Positions 12,365-25,979 of a stretch of 64,000 nucleotides of DNA are shown here, piece by piece (within the stretch, counting starts at the first letter, position 1; each line of letters opens with the position of its first letter). A program made the position numbers and the translations under genes. Under the pieces are notes generated by a model. It did no database searches, was not told the origin of the DNA, and worked only from the letters and a program-made list of their open reading frames with translations. This DNA is from Octopus vulgaris (taxonomy: Eukaryota): positions 43,276,001 to 43,340,000 of the forward strand of contig OX597827.1 of assembly GCA_951406725.2 (NCBI GenBank), written 5' to 3'.

Positions 12365-12618
12365 CACCACTACTTTATTATGTCCCCTTCTTCCTAGCTC
12401 TCCTGTGTGACATTTCTGCCCGGCATTCGCCATGATAGATCGCTAGCCACTAAACCTTTTTCTATTTTCTCTCCTTGTTTATTTCTGTGTTCCTTCCTGT
12501 CGAAGAGCGTAGGCTCGAAACGTAAAAGACTTTCTCACTCCCCGAGTGTTAAACTAATACATCTGTTTGTTGTTTACACACCTTTCTTCATCTTTTGTTT
12601 TTTTGTAAATTCTCACTA
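12365..12618 (+). mobile_element. Short (TA)n-associated element carrying a hammerhead-like motif, copy 1
   Basis: Alignable by eye with 18704-18870 (-) and 36224-36360 (-). Ends TTTTTGTAAATTCTCAC then (TA)n. Confidence 0.75.
12493..12528 (+). ncRNA. Minimal type-I hammerhead-ribozyme-like motif with variant core CUGUCGA
   Basis: CTTC-CTGTCGA-A-GAGC-GTAG-GCTC-GAAAC-GTA-AAAG: stem II GAGC/GCTC, GAAA, palindromic ACGT stem III, GUA triplet. Confidence 0.6.
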
Positions 12619-12934
12619 TATATATACATACATAAATATACGATGGGCTTCTTTCAGTTTCCGCCTACCAGATCCACTCACAAGGCTTTGATCGTCCCGA
12701 GGCTATAGTAGAAGGCACTTGCCCAAGATGCCACGCAGTGGGACTGAACCCGGAACCATGTGGTTGGAAACCAAACTTCTTACCATACGGCCATGCCTGT
12801 TCTTACTGCAGAAGTGTAAGTAATTTATTAACCACAAATGTGCCAGCAGTGGGACCGAACCCATACCATGTATTTGGGAAGCAAGCTACTTACCACACAG
12901 CCACTCCATGGGATTAAAAAAAATATTGAATAGC

Positions 12935-13665
12935 TATGAGGGTTCATCTGAGTAAACATGAACCAAAATGGTTCATAGATAATGGTGGATAAACATGGTG
13001 GTATCAAAACGTTCGCACCAACAGATGGCAGCACACGGTGCAGTGAGAGCTAGCAAATGACCTCCATGAAGCAGCGTGCCGGGTGACATCGCTGTGTTTA
13101 TTAGGCAAGTTGTTAAATTTTACTCTTTACTTGTTTCAGTCATTTGACTGTGGCCATGCTGTAGCACCGTCTTTAGTCGACCAAATCGACCCCAGGACTT
13201 ATTCTTTGTAAGCCTAGTAGATATTCTATCGGTCTCTTTTGCCGAACCGCTAAGTTACGGGGGACGTAAACACACCAGCATCGGTTGTCAAGTGATGTTG
13301 GGGGGACAAACACAGACACACAAACATATACACACACACATATATATATACACATATACGACAGGCTTCTTTCAGCTTCCGTCTACCAAATCCACTCACA
13401 AGGCTTTGGTCGGCCCGAGGCTATAGTAGAAGACACTTGCCCAAGGTGCCACGCAGTGGGACTGAACCCGGAACCATGTGGTTGGTAAACAAGCTACTTA
13501 CCACACAGCCGTTTTTTGCGATCATGTGTATGCTGTTGTCTCCGATTTGGTCACGAACAGGAAGTTGCAACAAAGAGCGGAGGTGAAATTTTGCGTTGAA
13601 CTTGGGAAGTCTGCTACAGAGACATTGATCATGCTTCGGCAAGGTTACGGCAACGAGGCAATGGT
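12935..13665 (+). pseudogene. 5' end of a mariner element split by a SINE A insertion (13120-13510, minus)
   Basis: After the SINE the sequence reads KLQQRAEVKFCVELGKSATETLIMLRQGYGNEAM (mariner N-terminal HTH). Assignment of the upstream segment (TA-TGAGGG start) to the same element is tentative. Confidence 0.65.
13120..13510 (-). mobile_element. SINE family A, near full length
   Basis: Near-consensus copy with internal (CA)/(TA) tract. Confidence 0.9.
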
Positions 13666-13788
13666 CGTCCATAAACAACCTTGCCCGGACTTGTGACACG
13701 GAAGGTAACTAGCTAGGTGCAAACCCACGGTCATTCATGACCCAAGAGGGTCTTTACCCTTTGTTCTTTACCTGGATATATATTTATA

Positions 13789-14278
13789 CTTGCAGTATCG
13801 CCCGGCGTTGCTCAGGTTTGTAAGGGAAATAACTATATAAGGATTTTTAGAGAGTTATTAGCAAAAAACTGCATTAAAAATGGAAAAAAAATGATGGTAA
13901 TTTTTTTTTTTAAATCGTTGACTCATCGTAGACATTTTTAAAGAGTTACTTCCCTTATATAATAGCGAAAAAAATGCATTAAAATGGAAAAAAATTATGG
14001 TAAATTTTTTTAAAAATCGTTTACTCATCGTAGACATTTTTAGAGAGTTACTTCCCTTATATAATAGCGAAAAATGCATTAAAATGGAAAAAAATGATGG
14101 TAAATTGTTTTAAAATCGTAGACTCATCGTAGACGCGCGCTAATACCCAGAAGGGCTCGATATGAATCACGACTATAAGATACCCGGTTTTGGATAAAAT
14201 GCACCGCAAAATGTGTGAGTAGTTAGGAATCTAAATCGTAGGAGACAGACACACGAACTTCACTTTTATATATAAAGA
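13789..14278 (-). mobile_element. Non-autonomous Helitron with internal ~108-bp tandem repeats
   Basis: Same 3' end as 9857-10238 (GCAGTATCGCCCGGCGTTGCTC on +; CTAG mutated to CAAG) and A|TC 5' end. Repeated unit TGCATTAAAATGGAAAAAAATGATGGTAAAT...ACTCATCGTAGAC. Confidence 0.8.
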
Positions 14279-14457
14279 TGTATTTGTATATTTGTGTGTG
14301 CATATACGTGTATGTGTAAGTGTACGGATATGTCCGTATATGCATGGGTATATACGGATGTGTTTGTATACGGTATATACACAGATATGCAAATCTCGAT
14401 CGTCGCTTGGTGTCATGAATATTAAATTATAATAATTAATATTATATATATATAGAC

Positions 14458-14712
14458 AGGGATCGCGGGTTCGAATCTCAGACCGGGTGATGTGTGTGTT
14501 TATGAGGGAAACACCTAAGCTCCACGCGGCTCCGGCAGAAGGTATTGGCGAACTTCTGCTGACTCTTTCGCCACAATTTTCTCTCACTCTTGCCTGCTGC
14601 ATCTTGCAGCATATGTGCGACGGACCGGCGTCCCGTCCAGGTGGGGGGACCTATACGCCAAAGAAACGGGGAAACCGGCCCTATGAGCCAGGCATGGCTC
14701 GAGAAGGAACAA
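14458..14712 (+). mobile_element. 5'-truncated tRNA-derived SINE with a V-SINE-like domain
   Basis: B box GGTTCGAATCTC. TGCGACGGACCGGCGTCCCGTCCAGG resembles the V-domain motif TGCGATGGACTGGCGACCTGTCCAGG (recalled, not searched). Confidence 0.65.
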
Positions 14713-14718
14713 GCATAT

Positions 14719-14834
<116 letters not shown>

Positions 14835-14837
14835 CTG

Positions 14838-15250
14838 TGCAGGAGTGGCTGTGTGGTAAGTAGCTTACTCACTAACCACATGGTTCCGGGTTCAATCTCA
14901 CTGCGTGGCACCTTGGGCAAGTGTCTTCTACTATAGCCTCAGGTCGACCAAAGCCTTGTAAGTGGATTTGGTAGACGGAAACTGGAAGAAGCCCGTCGTA
15001 TATATGTATATATTTATATATGTATATATGTATGTGTGTGTGTTTGTGGGTCTGTGTTTGTCCCCGATGCTGGTTTGTTTACGCCCCCGTAACTTATATG
15101 TGTGTGTGCATGCGTATATGTGAGTGTGTGTGTTGTGCCCCACCACTACTTGACAACCGGTGTTGGTTTTGTTACGTAGCCGTAAACTAGCGGTTCGGCA
15201 AAAGGAGAGCGATAGAATAAGTACCAGGTTTAAAAAATAGCACAAGTATT
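14838..15250 (+). mobile_element. SINE family A, rearranged
   Basis: Consensus head and body followed by duplicated tail pieces. Confidence 0.8.
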
Positions 15251-15262
15251 GTGAGTGGATTT

Positions 15263-15480
15263 GGAGACATTGAGCATGTTTCAGCAAGTTACGGTGGCGA
15301 GGCAATGGGTCGGACGCAACGTGTCGAGTGGCATGGGCGCTTCAAAAGCGGAGGAACGACCCTGGAAGAGGATGAGCGATTTGGAATGCCCTGCTACGAG
15401 CGTCACCTCGGGAAATGTGATGAAAACTCATAAACTTGTGCTTGAAGATTGTTGGAGGGCAATCAATGACAATGCTGACG
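15263..15480 (+). pseudogene. Mariner transposase N-terminal fragment
   Basis: YGGEAMGRTQRVEWHGRFKSGGTTLEEDERFGMP corresponds to the mariner WxxRFKxGxxxLEDxxRSGRP motif. Confidence 0.8.
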
Positions 15481-15938
<458 letters not shown>

Positions 15939-16217
15939 CAATCAGGACCCACACCATTAGCCACAAAGAATAATCTCTGTGCGTGTGTATGTATGTATGT
16001 ATGTATGTATGTATGTATGTATGTATGTATGTATATATGTATGTATGTATGTGCGTGTGTGTTTCTGAATGAATGTATATATGTATATGTACTATGTATA
16101 TACTTGTTCTATGTATATACTTGTTCTATGTATAAAATATATACACACATATATATATATATATTAATATATGTATATTTGTATCTATGTGCAAATATAT
16201 TTATGTATGTATCTACT

Positions 16218-16287
<70 letters not shown>

Positions 16288-16412
16288 TACATCAAATGAA
16301 ATAAAAAACAGAACACAAAGGATGTCGCGGTACACGTGTTTCAAGCTTTATAAAGCAACCTATTCTTACATCAATGTGTAATCGACATAACAGATGGTTT
16401 AAAGCTCTCTTT

Positions 16413-16534
<122 letters not shown>

Positions 16535-17144
16535 GAAAGTATTCCTGTATGTATTCATTGATTTTAATAGTCTCCATTGCAAAGGGAATTCGTATTTGCA
16601 TACATCATCATCATATCATTGCACTTGATGTTCAACAGAACCAACGTCTCCACAAACTTGAGAAACTCCCAACTCCCTCTGCTCTTTACTTCCCCAACTC
16701 TCCCTAACTCCTGATCTCCCATCACTCCTACTCCTTCACTCCCATACGTTTTCCTGCTGTTTTACTCCCGAGAGCTTTCTTGCACAGAACTAACGAAAGA
16801 AAAAAAAATAATAAAAAAAACTATTGACCTTTTATTTACAAAATGTTAAACTAATCATTTGATTTCAAATTTACCAACTTTTTCTTTCCCCCCCCCCACC
16901 AACGAAATAATCACGACAAAACACGGAACTACGAAAGGAAATTAGCTGTGATATCACACAACTTAGAAATCAAAAAAAAAAAAACTCCATGAAATTCACC
17001 CCCCCCTTCTCTTTTTATTTTATTTTATTTTATTTCAGTTTATTTTTTTCATTTATTATCATTTTTTTTTATTCTAATGAATCAATAATAGTCGTTTAAA
17101 ACAAATGAGCTGAGAGCAACGTTTTATCACCGAGCGATGCGACT

Positions 17145-17390
17145 TCTCTGTCTTTGTCTGTCTGTCTGTCTATCTGTCTATCTCTCTTTCTCTTTCTCTC
17201 TCGCTCTCTCGCTTCCTTTCGTCCCTCTCTCTCTCTCTCGCTCTCCCTCTCTCTCGTTCCCCCCTCTCTCTCTTTCCTTTCCCTCTCATTCTTTCTCCTT
17301 TTCTCTCTCCATCTCTCTCTCTCTCGCTCTCCCTCTCTCTCGTTCCCCTCTCTCTCTCTTTCCTTTCCCTCTCATTCTTTCTCCTTTTCT

Positions 17391-17428
<38 letters not shown>

Positions 17429-17870
17429 ATCTCTCCTTCCCTGTCCTTCTCTTTCACCTGCTCTCGCTCCCTTCCTCTCCTCTTTCTATCCCTTCTCTCT
17501 TCTTTATGTCCTCCTCTCTCTCTCTTGTTTGCTCTTTCCCTTTCTCTATCTCTCGCTCTCCTGTGCTCTCTCCCCTTTCTCTCTCTCTCGCTCTCCTGCG
17601 CTCTCTCCTCCTTTCTCGCTTTTTCTCTCACACTCTATTGCTCTTTTCCTCCTCCTCCTCCTCCTCCTCCTCCTCCTCCTACACTTTCTCTCCATTCTTC
17701 CTCTCTCTCCCAACCCTCTCCCCTTCTCTCCCCCTCTCTCTCCTACCCTCACTTTCTTTTTTCTCCCTCATCCTCTCTTCCTCACTCTCGTTCTCTTTCT
17801 CTTGCTCTCACTCCCTCCCTCTACCTCTCTCTACCTCTCTCTCTCTCACTCTTCTTTCTCTCTCTCATTT
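17145..17870. repeat. CT-rich polypyrimidine low-complexity tract with an internal ~85-bp duplication
   Basis: CTCGCTCTCCCTCTCTCTCGTTCCCC...CTCTCTCCATCT occurs twice (about 17237 and 17323). Confidence 0.9.
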
Positions 17871-18383
17871 TTTTGTAAGCAAATGGAATCAGAGGAAATT
17901 AGTAAATTAGATTCAAAATATTTATTAGGACACGTATTTAAATAAGCATAAAATTGGTAGCTGCCTCTTCTAATTGTCTCTAATTGTATGCGGTAACAAC
18001 CGACAATCATCTTTTTTTCAATTCTCTCTCTCTCTCTCTCTCTCTCTTTTCTCTCTCTCTAGCGTGTTATCTTTGGATATCGCGTGTTAGTTGGTACAGA
18101 GAACGACAAAAAAATATATATATATCTCCCAGTTTCACTAGTTATGATAAAAACTCCAACAACAAACATGCAAAGTGCACCGGTTCAAACCACAATGCTA
18201 ACTGAAAAGAATAAAAAACGGGAAAGCATTAGTTACATGGAAACACCATTATCACCTGCCTGACGCCAATATCGGCACACTAATAACCAAATAAAATATG
18301 GGAGGTTTTTCTGACGCATTAGGTAAAACAGTTGGTGTTGTTTAAGCCTTTTAGCCTATTCTTATATATATATATATATATAT

Positions 18384-18549
18384 ATCTTATAATTAAGGGC
18401 TAAAGAAGGTTATTCTATAGCCAATACACTGATTTATCCACTTATAATCCACTTGTTACAGTTCAATTCTCCTGTAACAAGTGGATTATAAGTGGATAAA
18501 TCAGTGTATTGGCTATAGAATAACCTTCTTTAGCCCTTAATTATAAGAT
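18384..18549. repeat. Perfect inverted repeat, 78-bp arms and 10-nt loop
   Basis: 18384-18461 is the reverse complement of 18472-18549; loop TTCAATTCTC. Confidence 0.95.
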
Positions 18550-18645
18550 GTTTATACTTCAACCGTAATGGTTTTTTTAATATACTGCCACGCTTTTTGG
18601 TGGAATCCTTTTCTGTAGAGAAAGGGACTTCATCCTATATTGTTA

Positions 18646-18707
<62 letters not shown>

Positions 18708-18796
18708 AGAATTTTTATAAAAAGAAAACGAATGAGAAGACGGGTGGTGTAGACAACGAACAGATGTATTAGTATAACGCTCGGGAGGTGATAAAG

Positions 18797-18833
18797 TCTT
18801 TAACATTTCGAGCCTACGCTCTTCCACAGAAAG
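18797..18833 (-). ncRNA. Hammerhead-like motif (core CUGUGGA), copy 2, in element 18704-18870
   Basis: Minus strand CTTT-CTGTGGA-A-GAGC-GTAG-GCTC-GAAAT-GTT-AAAG; stem I CTTT/AAAG. Confidence 0.55.
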
Positions 18834-18867
18834 GAACACAGAAAGAAACTAGGAGAGAAAAATATAT

Positions 18868-19080
18868 GTTTTCTTATTACCCACAAGGGGCTAAACATAA
18901 AGGGGACAAACAAAGATAGACAAACGAGTTAAGTCGATTACAACGACCCCAGTGTGTAACTGGTACTTAATTTATCGACCCCGAAAGGATGAAAGGCAAA
19001 GTCGACCTCGGCGGAATTTGAACTCAGAACGCAGCGGCCGACGAAATACCGCAAAGCATTTCGCCCGGCGTGCTAACGAT
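18868..19080 (-). mobile_element. SINE family B
   Basis: Core plus long tail. Confidence 0.85.
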
Positions 19081-19136
19081 AGGTGTAGTGGATAGTGATC
19101 TATCATGGCGAATCATATATATATATATATATACAG

Positions 19137-19520
19137 ACGCAGGCGTGACTGCTTGGAAGGAAGCTTGTTTCCCAGCCACATGGTTCCAGGTTCAGTCCTG
19201 CATCCTGGCACATTGGGTAAGTGTCTTCTACTTTAGCCTCGGGCCGACCAAAGCCTTGTGCGTGGATTTGGTAGATAGAAACTGAAAGAAGACCGTCGTA
19301 TGCATATATATGTATATATCTATGTGGGTGTGTCTCAGTGTCAGTATTTGTGTGTCGCCTCCCACCATCACCGCTTGAAAAGCGTTGTTGGATTGTTTAC
19401 GTCCCCGTAGGTGAGCAAAAGAGACCACTAAAAAAAGTACTAGGCTTTCAAAAGAAGTACTAGGCTTTCAAAAAAGTCCTGGGTGTCGATTTGTTCGAAG
19501 CAGATAAAAGAATAAAAGAA
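19137..19520 (+). mobile_element. SINE family A, diverged
   Basis: Head, body and tail recognisable; small duplication AAGTACTAGGCTTTCAAAA. Confidence 0.8.
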
Positions 19521-19529
19521 TATAATATG

Positions 19530-19846
19530 TACATATTTATTGCATTTGTATTTGTGTACCATTTCTCCGTTATTTCCCCCCGTCCTTGTTTTTGTATACA
19601 TTCGCTGCTTTCTTCCAAGGAATCTAATGCTCTTAGCTTAGTTTTTCCTTGGGGCTGGCCAGATTGGAGTAATTTCGAGTATAGCCAGCCGAAATTGCAA
19701 AGATAATCTGGAACTCGATTGAGGATAGGAAACTCCGAATGATCCTAGTTTTCTTTGTGTCGTCTGTCTGGATGTTTTGTTGTCCCTTTTTTGTATCACC
19801 TAACTGTCTGGATGTTTTGCGTTCTTGTCCCATTTTTGCATTTTTT
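19530..19846 (+). mobile_element. Short (TA)n-associated element, second family (also 1903-2058)
   Basis: AATCTGGAACTCGAxTGAGGATAG...TGTCTGGATGTTTTGCGTTCTTGTCCCATTTTTG is shared between the two loci. Confidence 0.7.
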
Positions 19847-19954
19847 ATATATAAAATATAGCGGCGTACGTACACTTTGGTCTCTTATATGTAAGCATAT
19901 ACGTATACATACATACATACATATACATATACATACATGCACAAACACACACAC

Positions 19955-19991
<37 letters not shown>

Positions 19992-20171
19992 CACCAGTGT
20001 GGTAACCAAAGTCTAATGTTAGCGGGGAGCGAGCACAAAAAAGGCGATGTGACTCATACTAAGCAATTTTTAACTCATTGATTATATATCTTATAAACGG
20101 CGCAAATTTTGAAAAATGTACTCGGGGATAGTGGCCCCTCCCCTTGTTCCCTTATCAGCTACACCATTGCG

Positions 20172-20204
<33 letters not shown>

Positions 20205-20351
20205 TGTATGTATGTATGTATGTATGTATGTATGTATGTATGCATGTATGTATGTATGTATGTATGTATGTATGTATGTATGTATGTATGTATGTATGTA
20301 TGTATGTACGTATGTACATATGTATGTATGTATGTATGTATGTATATATGT

Positions 20352-20902
20352 TAGGTCACTTTCGAGTGCTACTGGTAACATGTAACCCAGTACAACCTGT
20401 TGCATGGTCGGGTCGTCGGCGACTAAACCGGCAACTCCACCAAACTTGCTTGGTGAGGAGGTTGTTTATTGGACACCCTGCGGGATGAAAAACAAAACTC
20501 GTCAAAGGGCGGAGGAACTCTTGAGAGTTAACGGCCATGCAATAAATGTCTTAGGGCTGTATCATGCGCGGGGACATAGAAATAATCGGGCTGAATACCC
20601 AATCGCGCGGTTAAACCATTGGGAGTGAATGACTCCTAGCCATTGTTAGGGCATCCTTCTAGGAGAAGGTAACTCAGGTAACTGGGATAACTCCGACATA
20701 AAACCAGCGGCTCAGTGGTTATCGATGATGTTGACTTGTTCTTCTTTTCGGATTATGGCTGCTGTTGCTTAGTGAGTGGGATTGACTCAGTACACAGCCT
20801 TTCCTCGCTTTAAAAAAAACCTTCTTGCACAGGCATTGCACGATAACAACATTAATTAAGCTTTGTGTAATGACCATACTCGATAACGAGGGGGAAGCCA
20901 AC
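20352..20902 (+). mobile_element. Probable non-LTR (RTE-like) 5'UTR-derived repeat
   Basis: GC-richer island within (TATG)n. GGGCATCCTTCTAGGAGAAGGTAACTC...ATAAAACC resembles RTE 5'UTR motifs (recalled, not searched). Confidence 0.4.
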
Positions 20903-20903
20903 A

Positions 20904-20939
<36 letters not shown>

Positions 20940-20975
20940 TGTATGTATGTATGTATGTATGTATGTATGTATATT

Positions 20976-22187
20976 TTAGGTAGTCCGGAAAATTCTGAGC
21001 GTTTTTAAGCTAACACTCCTGAAACGTAACACAGTTAAAAATTTTATGTTGCTTGAAGTGGTAGTACATGTTTTCTTTGTTTCTGACTAAAAATAGATTT
21101 ATCTTTCATTCCGGTTACCCTTTATTGACATTTGTAATGGATAACCAAAAATTACATATTCGTGCTGTAATGCTTTTCTTTTTTAATAAAGGAGAAAATG
21201 CTGCAAAGTTCATGGTGATGCTGCTGCAGGGGAATCAACCGTTCGAAGATGGTTTGCAAAATTTATATCTGGAGTTTAGCTTGGAAGAGGACAATCGCAG
21301 TGGAAGACCTTCAAAATTGGATGAAAATGTTTTACAGGCAAAACTCAAATATCACTACAGAACTTGCTTAGGAATTTGGAAGTTTCTAAAAGTACGGCAC
21401 ATGAACGCCTAGTGAAGCCAGGATATATTTCTCGCAATAATGTATGGGTCCCTCAGAAACTCTCAGAAAATAATTGCTTGGATCGGTATTCCGTTTGTGA
21501 CATGCTTTTGAAACGGAAAGAAAATATGCTTTTTTTTAAACAACTTGTGACTGGAGACGAAAAATGGATTGTGTACGAAAATGTAGTGCAAAAAAGATCC
21601 TGGAGTTTCCGAAAAATAGTAACGAAAGACGAATATCCATGCGAAAAAAGCTATGCTTTGTGTTTGGTGGGATCATAAAGGCATTATTTATTATGAGCTT
21701 CTCCACAAAACCAGACTATTAACTCTGATATGTACTGTCGTCAGCTGGCTAATTTGAAGCAAAAAAATCAAAGAATTGAGGCCAGAGATTACTAACAGGA
21801 AAAGGGTAGTGTTCCAGCAAGACAATACCCGACCACACGTGTCTTTGGCTACCCGAGCAAAGTTACATGAACTTGGCTGGGATCTCTTACCCCATCCACC
21901 ATATTCTCCTGATATTGCGCTATCCAGCTACCACTTGCTTTTGTCTCTACATAATTCATTGTAAGGAAAAACATTTAACTATTTAGATGGAATCAAAATG
22001 CATCTAGATAAATGTTTCTCTTCAAAATCAGTCAAATTTTATGCTGATGGAATATTTCTATGGCATGATAGATGTGCAAAGGTCATTAATAATAATGGAA
22101 ATTATTTCATTGAATAAAATTTATTGAAAGGTCAATTATTTATATTATCCCTTCCCGCATATTACAAAAAAAAAAAACGGTCAGAAC
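20976..22187 (+). mobile_element. Mariner transposon with decayed transposase (about 21137-22117)
   Basis: MDNQKLHIRAVMLFFF, RSGRPS, WVPQKL, LVTGDEKWIVY, QQDNTRPH, LPHPPYSPDIA; frameshifted. Left TIR TTAGGTAGTCCGGAAAATTCTGAGCGTTTT and partial right TIR AAAAACGGTCAGAAC. Confidence 0.95.
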
Positions 22188-22196
22188 ATACATAAC

Positions 22197-22369
<173 letters not shown>

Positions 22370-22399
22370 TATATACATACATATGTGTACGTACCTTAC

Positions 22400-22800
22400 A
22401 TCTACATGTATAGCGCTCGTAATATTTTATCTCGTTCGGCTTCACATCCCTTCTTGTCTGTGTTACTTTTATTCTCCTTGTCCTTTACTGTTTATATTTT
22501 GTACTGTCGTTACTGTCCTGTTTTTGTTACCATTTTTACCCCTCCGCAAAAAACAATCTCAAATTTTATTTAATTTACTTTTCGCGGGAAGGAATGTTTC
22601 AGTCGAAGTTGCATCTCGCCTTTACCTTCGAAACGCAGAGTAGATGAAACCATGGCGACTGAAGAAGGGGAATTTTCTTTGTGTTATTTGTCCTGTGCTC
22701 TATTTTTTCGTTGTTTAAGAAAAATGTCCAGTTCCTTGGTTTTGTGTTTATGTTTTCGTGTCTCATTGTGTTTGACGTTTTTTTGGTATCCTGTTCCATA
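22400..22800 (+). mobile_element. Short (TA)n-associated element, third family (related piece at 45917-45990)
   Basis: CCTTCGAAACGCAGAGTAGATGAAAC here versus CCTTCGGAACGCGGAGTAGATGAAAC directly after the Penelope RT fragment. Confidence 0.55.
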
Positions 22801-22919
22801 TATGCATGTATATATACATGTAGATGTAGGTACGTACATATATGTATGTATATATGCATATGTTTTATTTATTAATTTGTTATTACACGACAGAACGCAC
22901 GCATCCATTTCTAAGTAAG

Positions 22920-22992
<73 letters not shown>

Positions 22993-22996
22993 GTTT

Positions 22997-23085
<89 letters not shown>

Positions 23086-23162
23086 CCTGAGCGCCTAATA
23101 ATACTTTAATTGTTCCACCTCCTTGCGTTGTTGTCTTTTTTGTTTTCTGTTTGGATTAACTT

Positions 23163-23216
<54 letters not shown>

Positions 23217-23822
23217 AGTTGTGTGGGAACAAAGCCGGAGTACGAGGGTACGAGGGTACGACCACTGGGATGCATCTTCGCTCAATTGACTGTCTGCACG
23301 ATACATTGTATATTTTGTATTCTCTCACTTTTGAACTGACCAGCGCTCTACAAAAACAATAATTATTAGAACCCCCACACCACACCACCCCAGCCCAATT
23401 ATTATTAAAAGACGATGACATCCAATCTAAAGAGGAAGACCATACAGAAAATGAGAGGAGAAAAAAAGAGAAAATATATAAAACGACAAACAACTGAGAT
23501 TCGTAATAGAAAAAAAATACGGGATTAATATAATACAAATATCAAGTTACATACAACAATGCAATCTTTCAGACATTCATGCAATGGCGGTTATGGCGGT
23601 GGTTGTGGCGGCGGTGGTGGTGGTGGTGGTGGTGGTGGTGGCGGTGGTGGCGGCGGTGGCGGTTGAAAGAAAATGAAAGAAAGAAAGAAACAAGCTGATG
23701 GAAAAAAGAACTTGGCTGAATTAGAATTATTGTTGTTGTGGAGAGAGTCTGACTCCATTCGGAATTATTATTGTCAGAGAATCGAGGAGATATCAAAAAC
23801 GAAAAAAAATATAAAGTCGTCG

Positions 23823-23853
<31 letters not shown>

Positions 23854-23891
23854 TCTCCCGAAGATATATACATAGGGAAGAGAAAATAATT

Positions 23892-23927
<36 letters not shown>

Positions 23928-23947
23928 AATAAATAAATAAATAAATA

Positions 23948-24007
<60 letters not shown>

Positions 24008-24314
24008 ACAGAAGAGAGCGAAAAGCGAAGACGTTTTTCTTTTCTCTATTCATTGTGACATACGGAGAAAGGGAACAAAAATAGAATATATATATATATA
24101 TATATATATAACGATATGAAATGAAAATGAAATGAAATGAAAGCAAAGCAAAGCGAAGCGAGCCATCTATGTTATTAAAATGAATATTATTAACTCTGCA
24201 AGGAAAATTGCAAAGACGACAGAAGTATTGAAACCAGACAGTTAAACAAGAAAAATTAACGAGAGCAGGCATTCGAGAAAGCATCATAAAAGCCTAAGTA
24301 TTGACAGGCTACGA

Positions 24315-25080
<766 letters not shown>

Positions 25081-25214
25081 TGGATAATAGTTTTAAGACA
25101 ATTATGGTAGGTTTGCATTAATAGCAGAAACTAGCGATAGATTAACGCAAGTAGATCAGAAATATAAGAATAAACGACACCAGGAATTACGATTCGTTTC
25201 CAAAGACGGAAAAA

Positions 25215-25245
<31 letters not shown>

Positions 25246-25281
25246 ATTCTGGATGGTGTGGTGGGGATGTGGATGGTAGGC

Positions 25282-25326
<45 letters not shown>

Positions 25327-25457
25327 CAGATCGTTTCAAGGAAAGGGTTAAACTTAAAAGGAAATTTAAATTTAAAAGGGAGTTTTGGGAGAAGAATATA
25401 TTAAGCAGATGACATGCAAGGAAAGAAAGAAAAATAAAGCCTTTCTTTATAGATTGT

Positions 25458-25601
25458 CAAGTAGCTTGTTCACCAACCACATGGTTCCGAGTTCAGTCCC
25501 ACTGCGTGGCACCTTGGGCAAGTGTCTTCTACTATAGCCTCAGGCCAACCAAAGCCTTGTGAGTGGATTTGGTAGACGGGAACGGAAAGAAGCCCGTCGT
25601 A

Positions 25602-25639
<38 letters not shown>

Positions 25640-25840
25640 CGTGTGTGTGTTTGTCCCCCTAGCATTGCTTGACAACCGATGCTGGTGTGTTTATGTCCCC
25701 GTTACTTAGCGGTTCGGCAAAAGAGACCGATAGAATAAGTACTGGGCTTACAAAAGAAAAAGTCCCGGGGTCGAGTTGCTCGATTAAAGGCGGTGCTCCA
25801 GCATGGCCGCAGTCAAATGACTGAAACAAGTAAAAGGAGT
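25458..25840 (+). mobile_element. SINE family A
   Basis: Near-consensus copy lacking the first ~20 nt. Confidence 0.9.
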
Positions 25841-25979
25841 ATACGAAAATACTTCTGCAGTGCGCCAAAAGTCATGGTAGTGTGAGTTAACCTGTAGGGC
25901 GGCGAGTTGACAGAGTTGTTACTGGTCAGAACAGAATGCTTAAAGGCATTTGTTCCAGCTGTACGTTCAGGGGTTCAAA

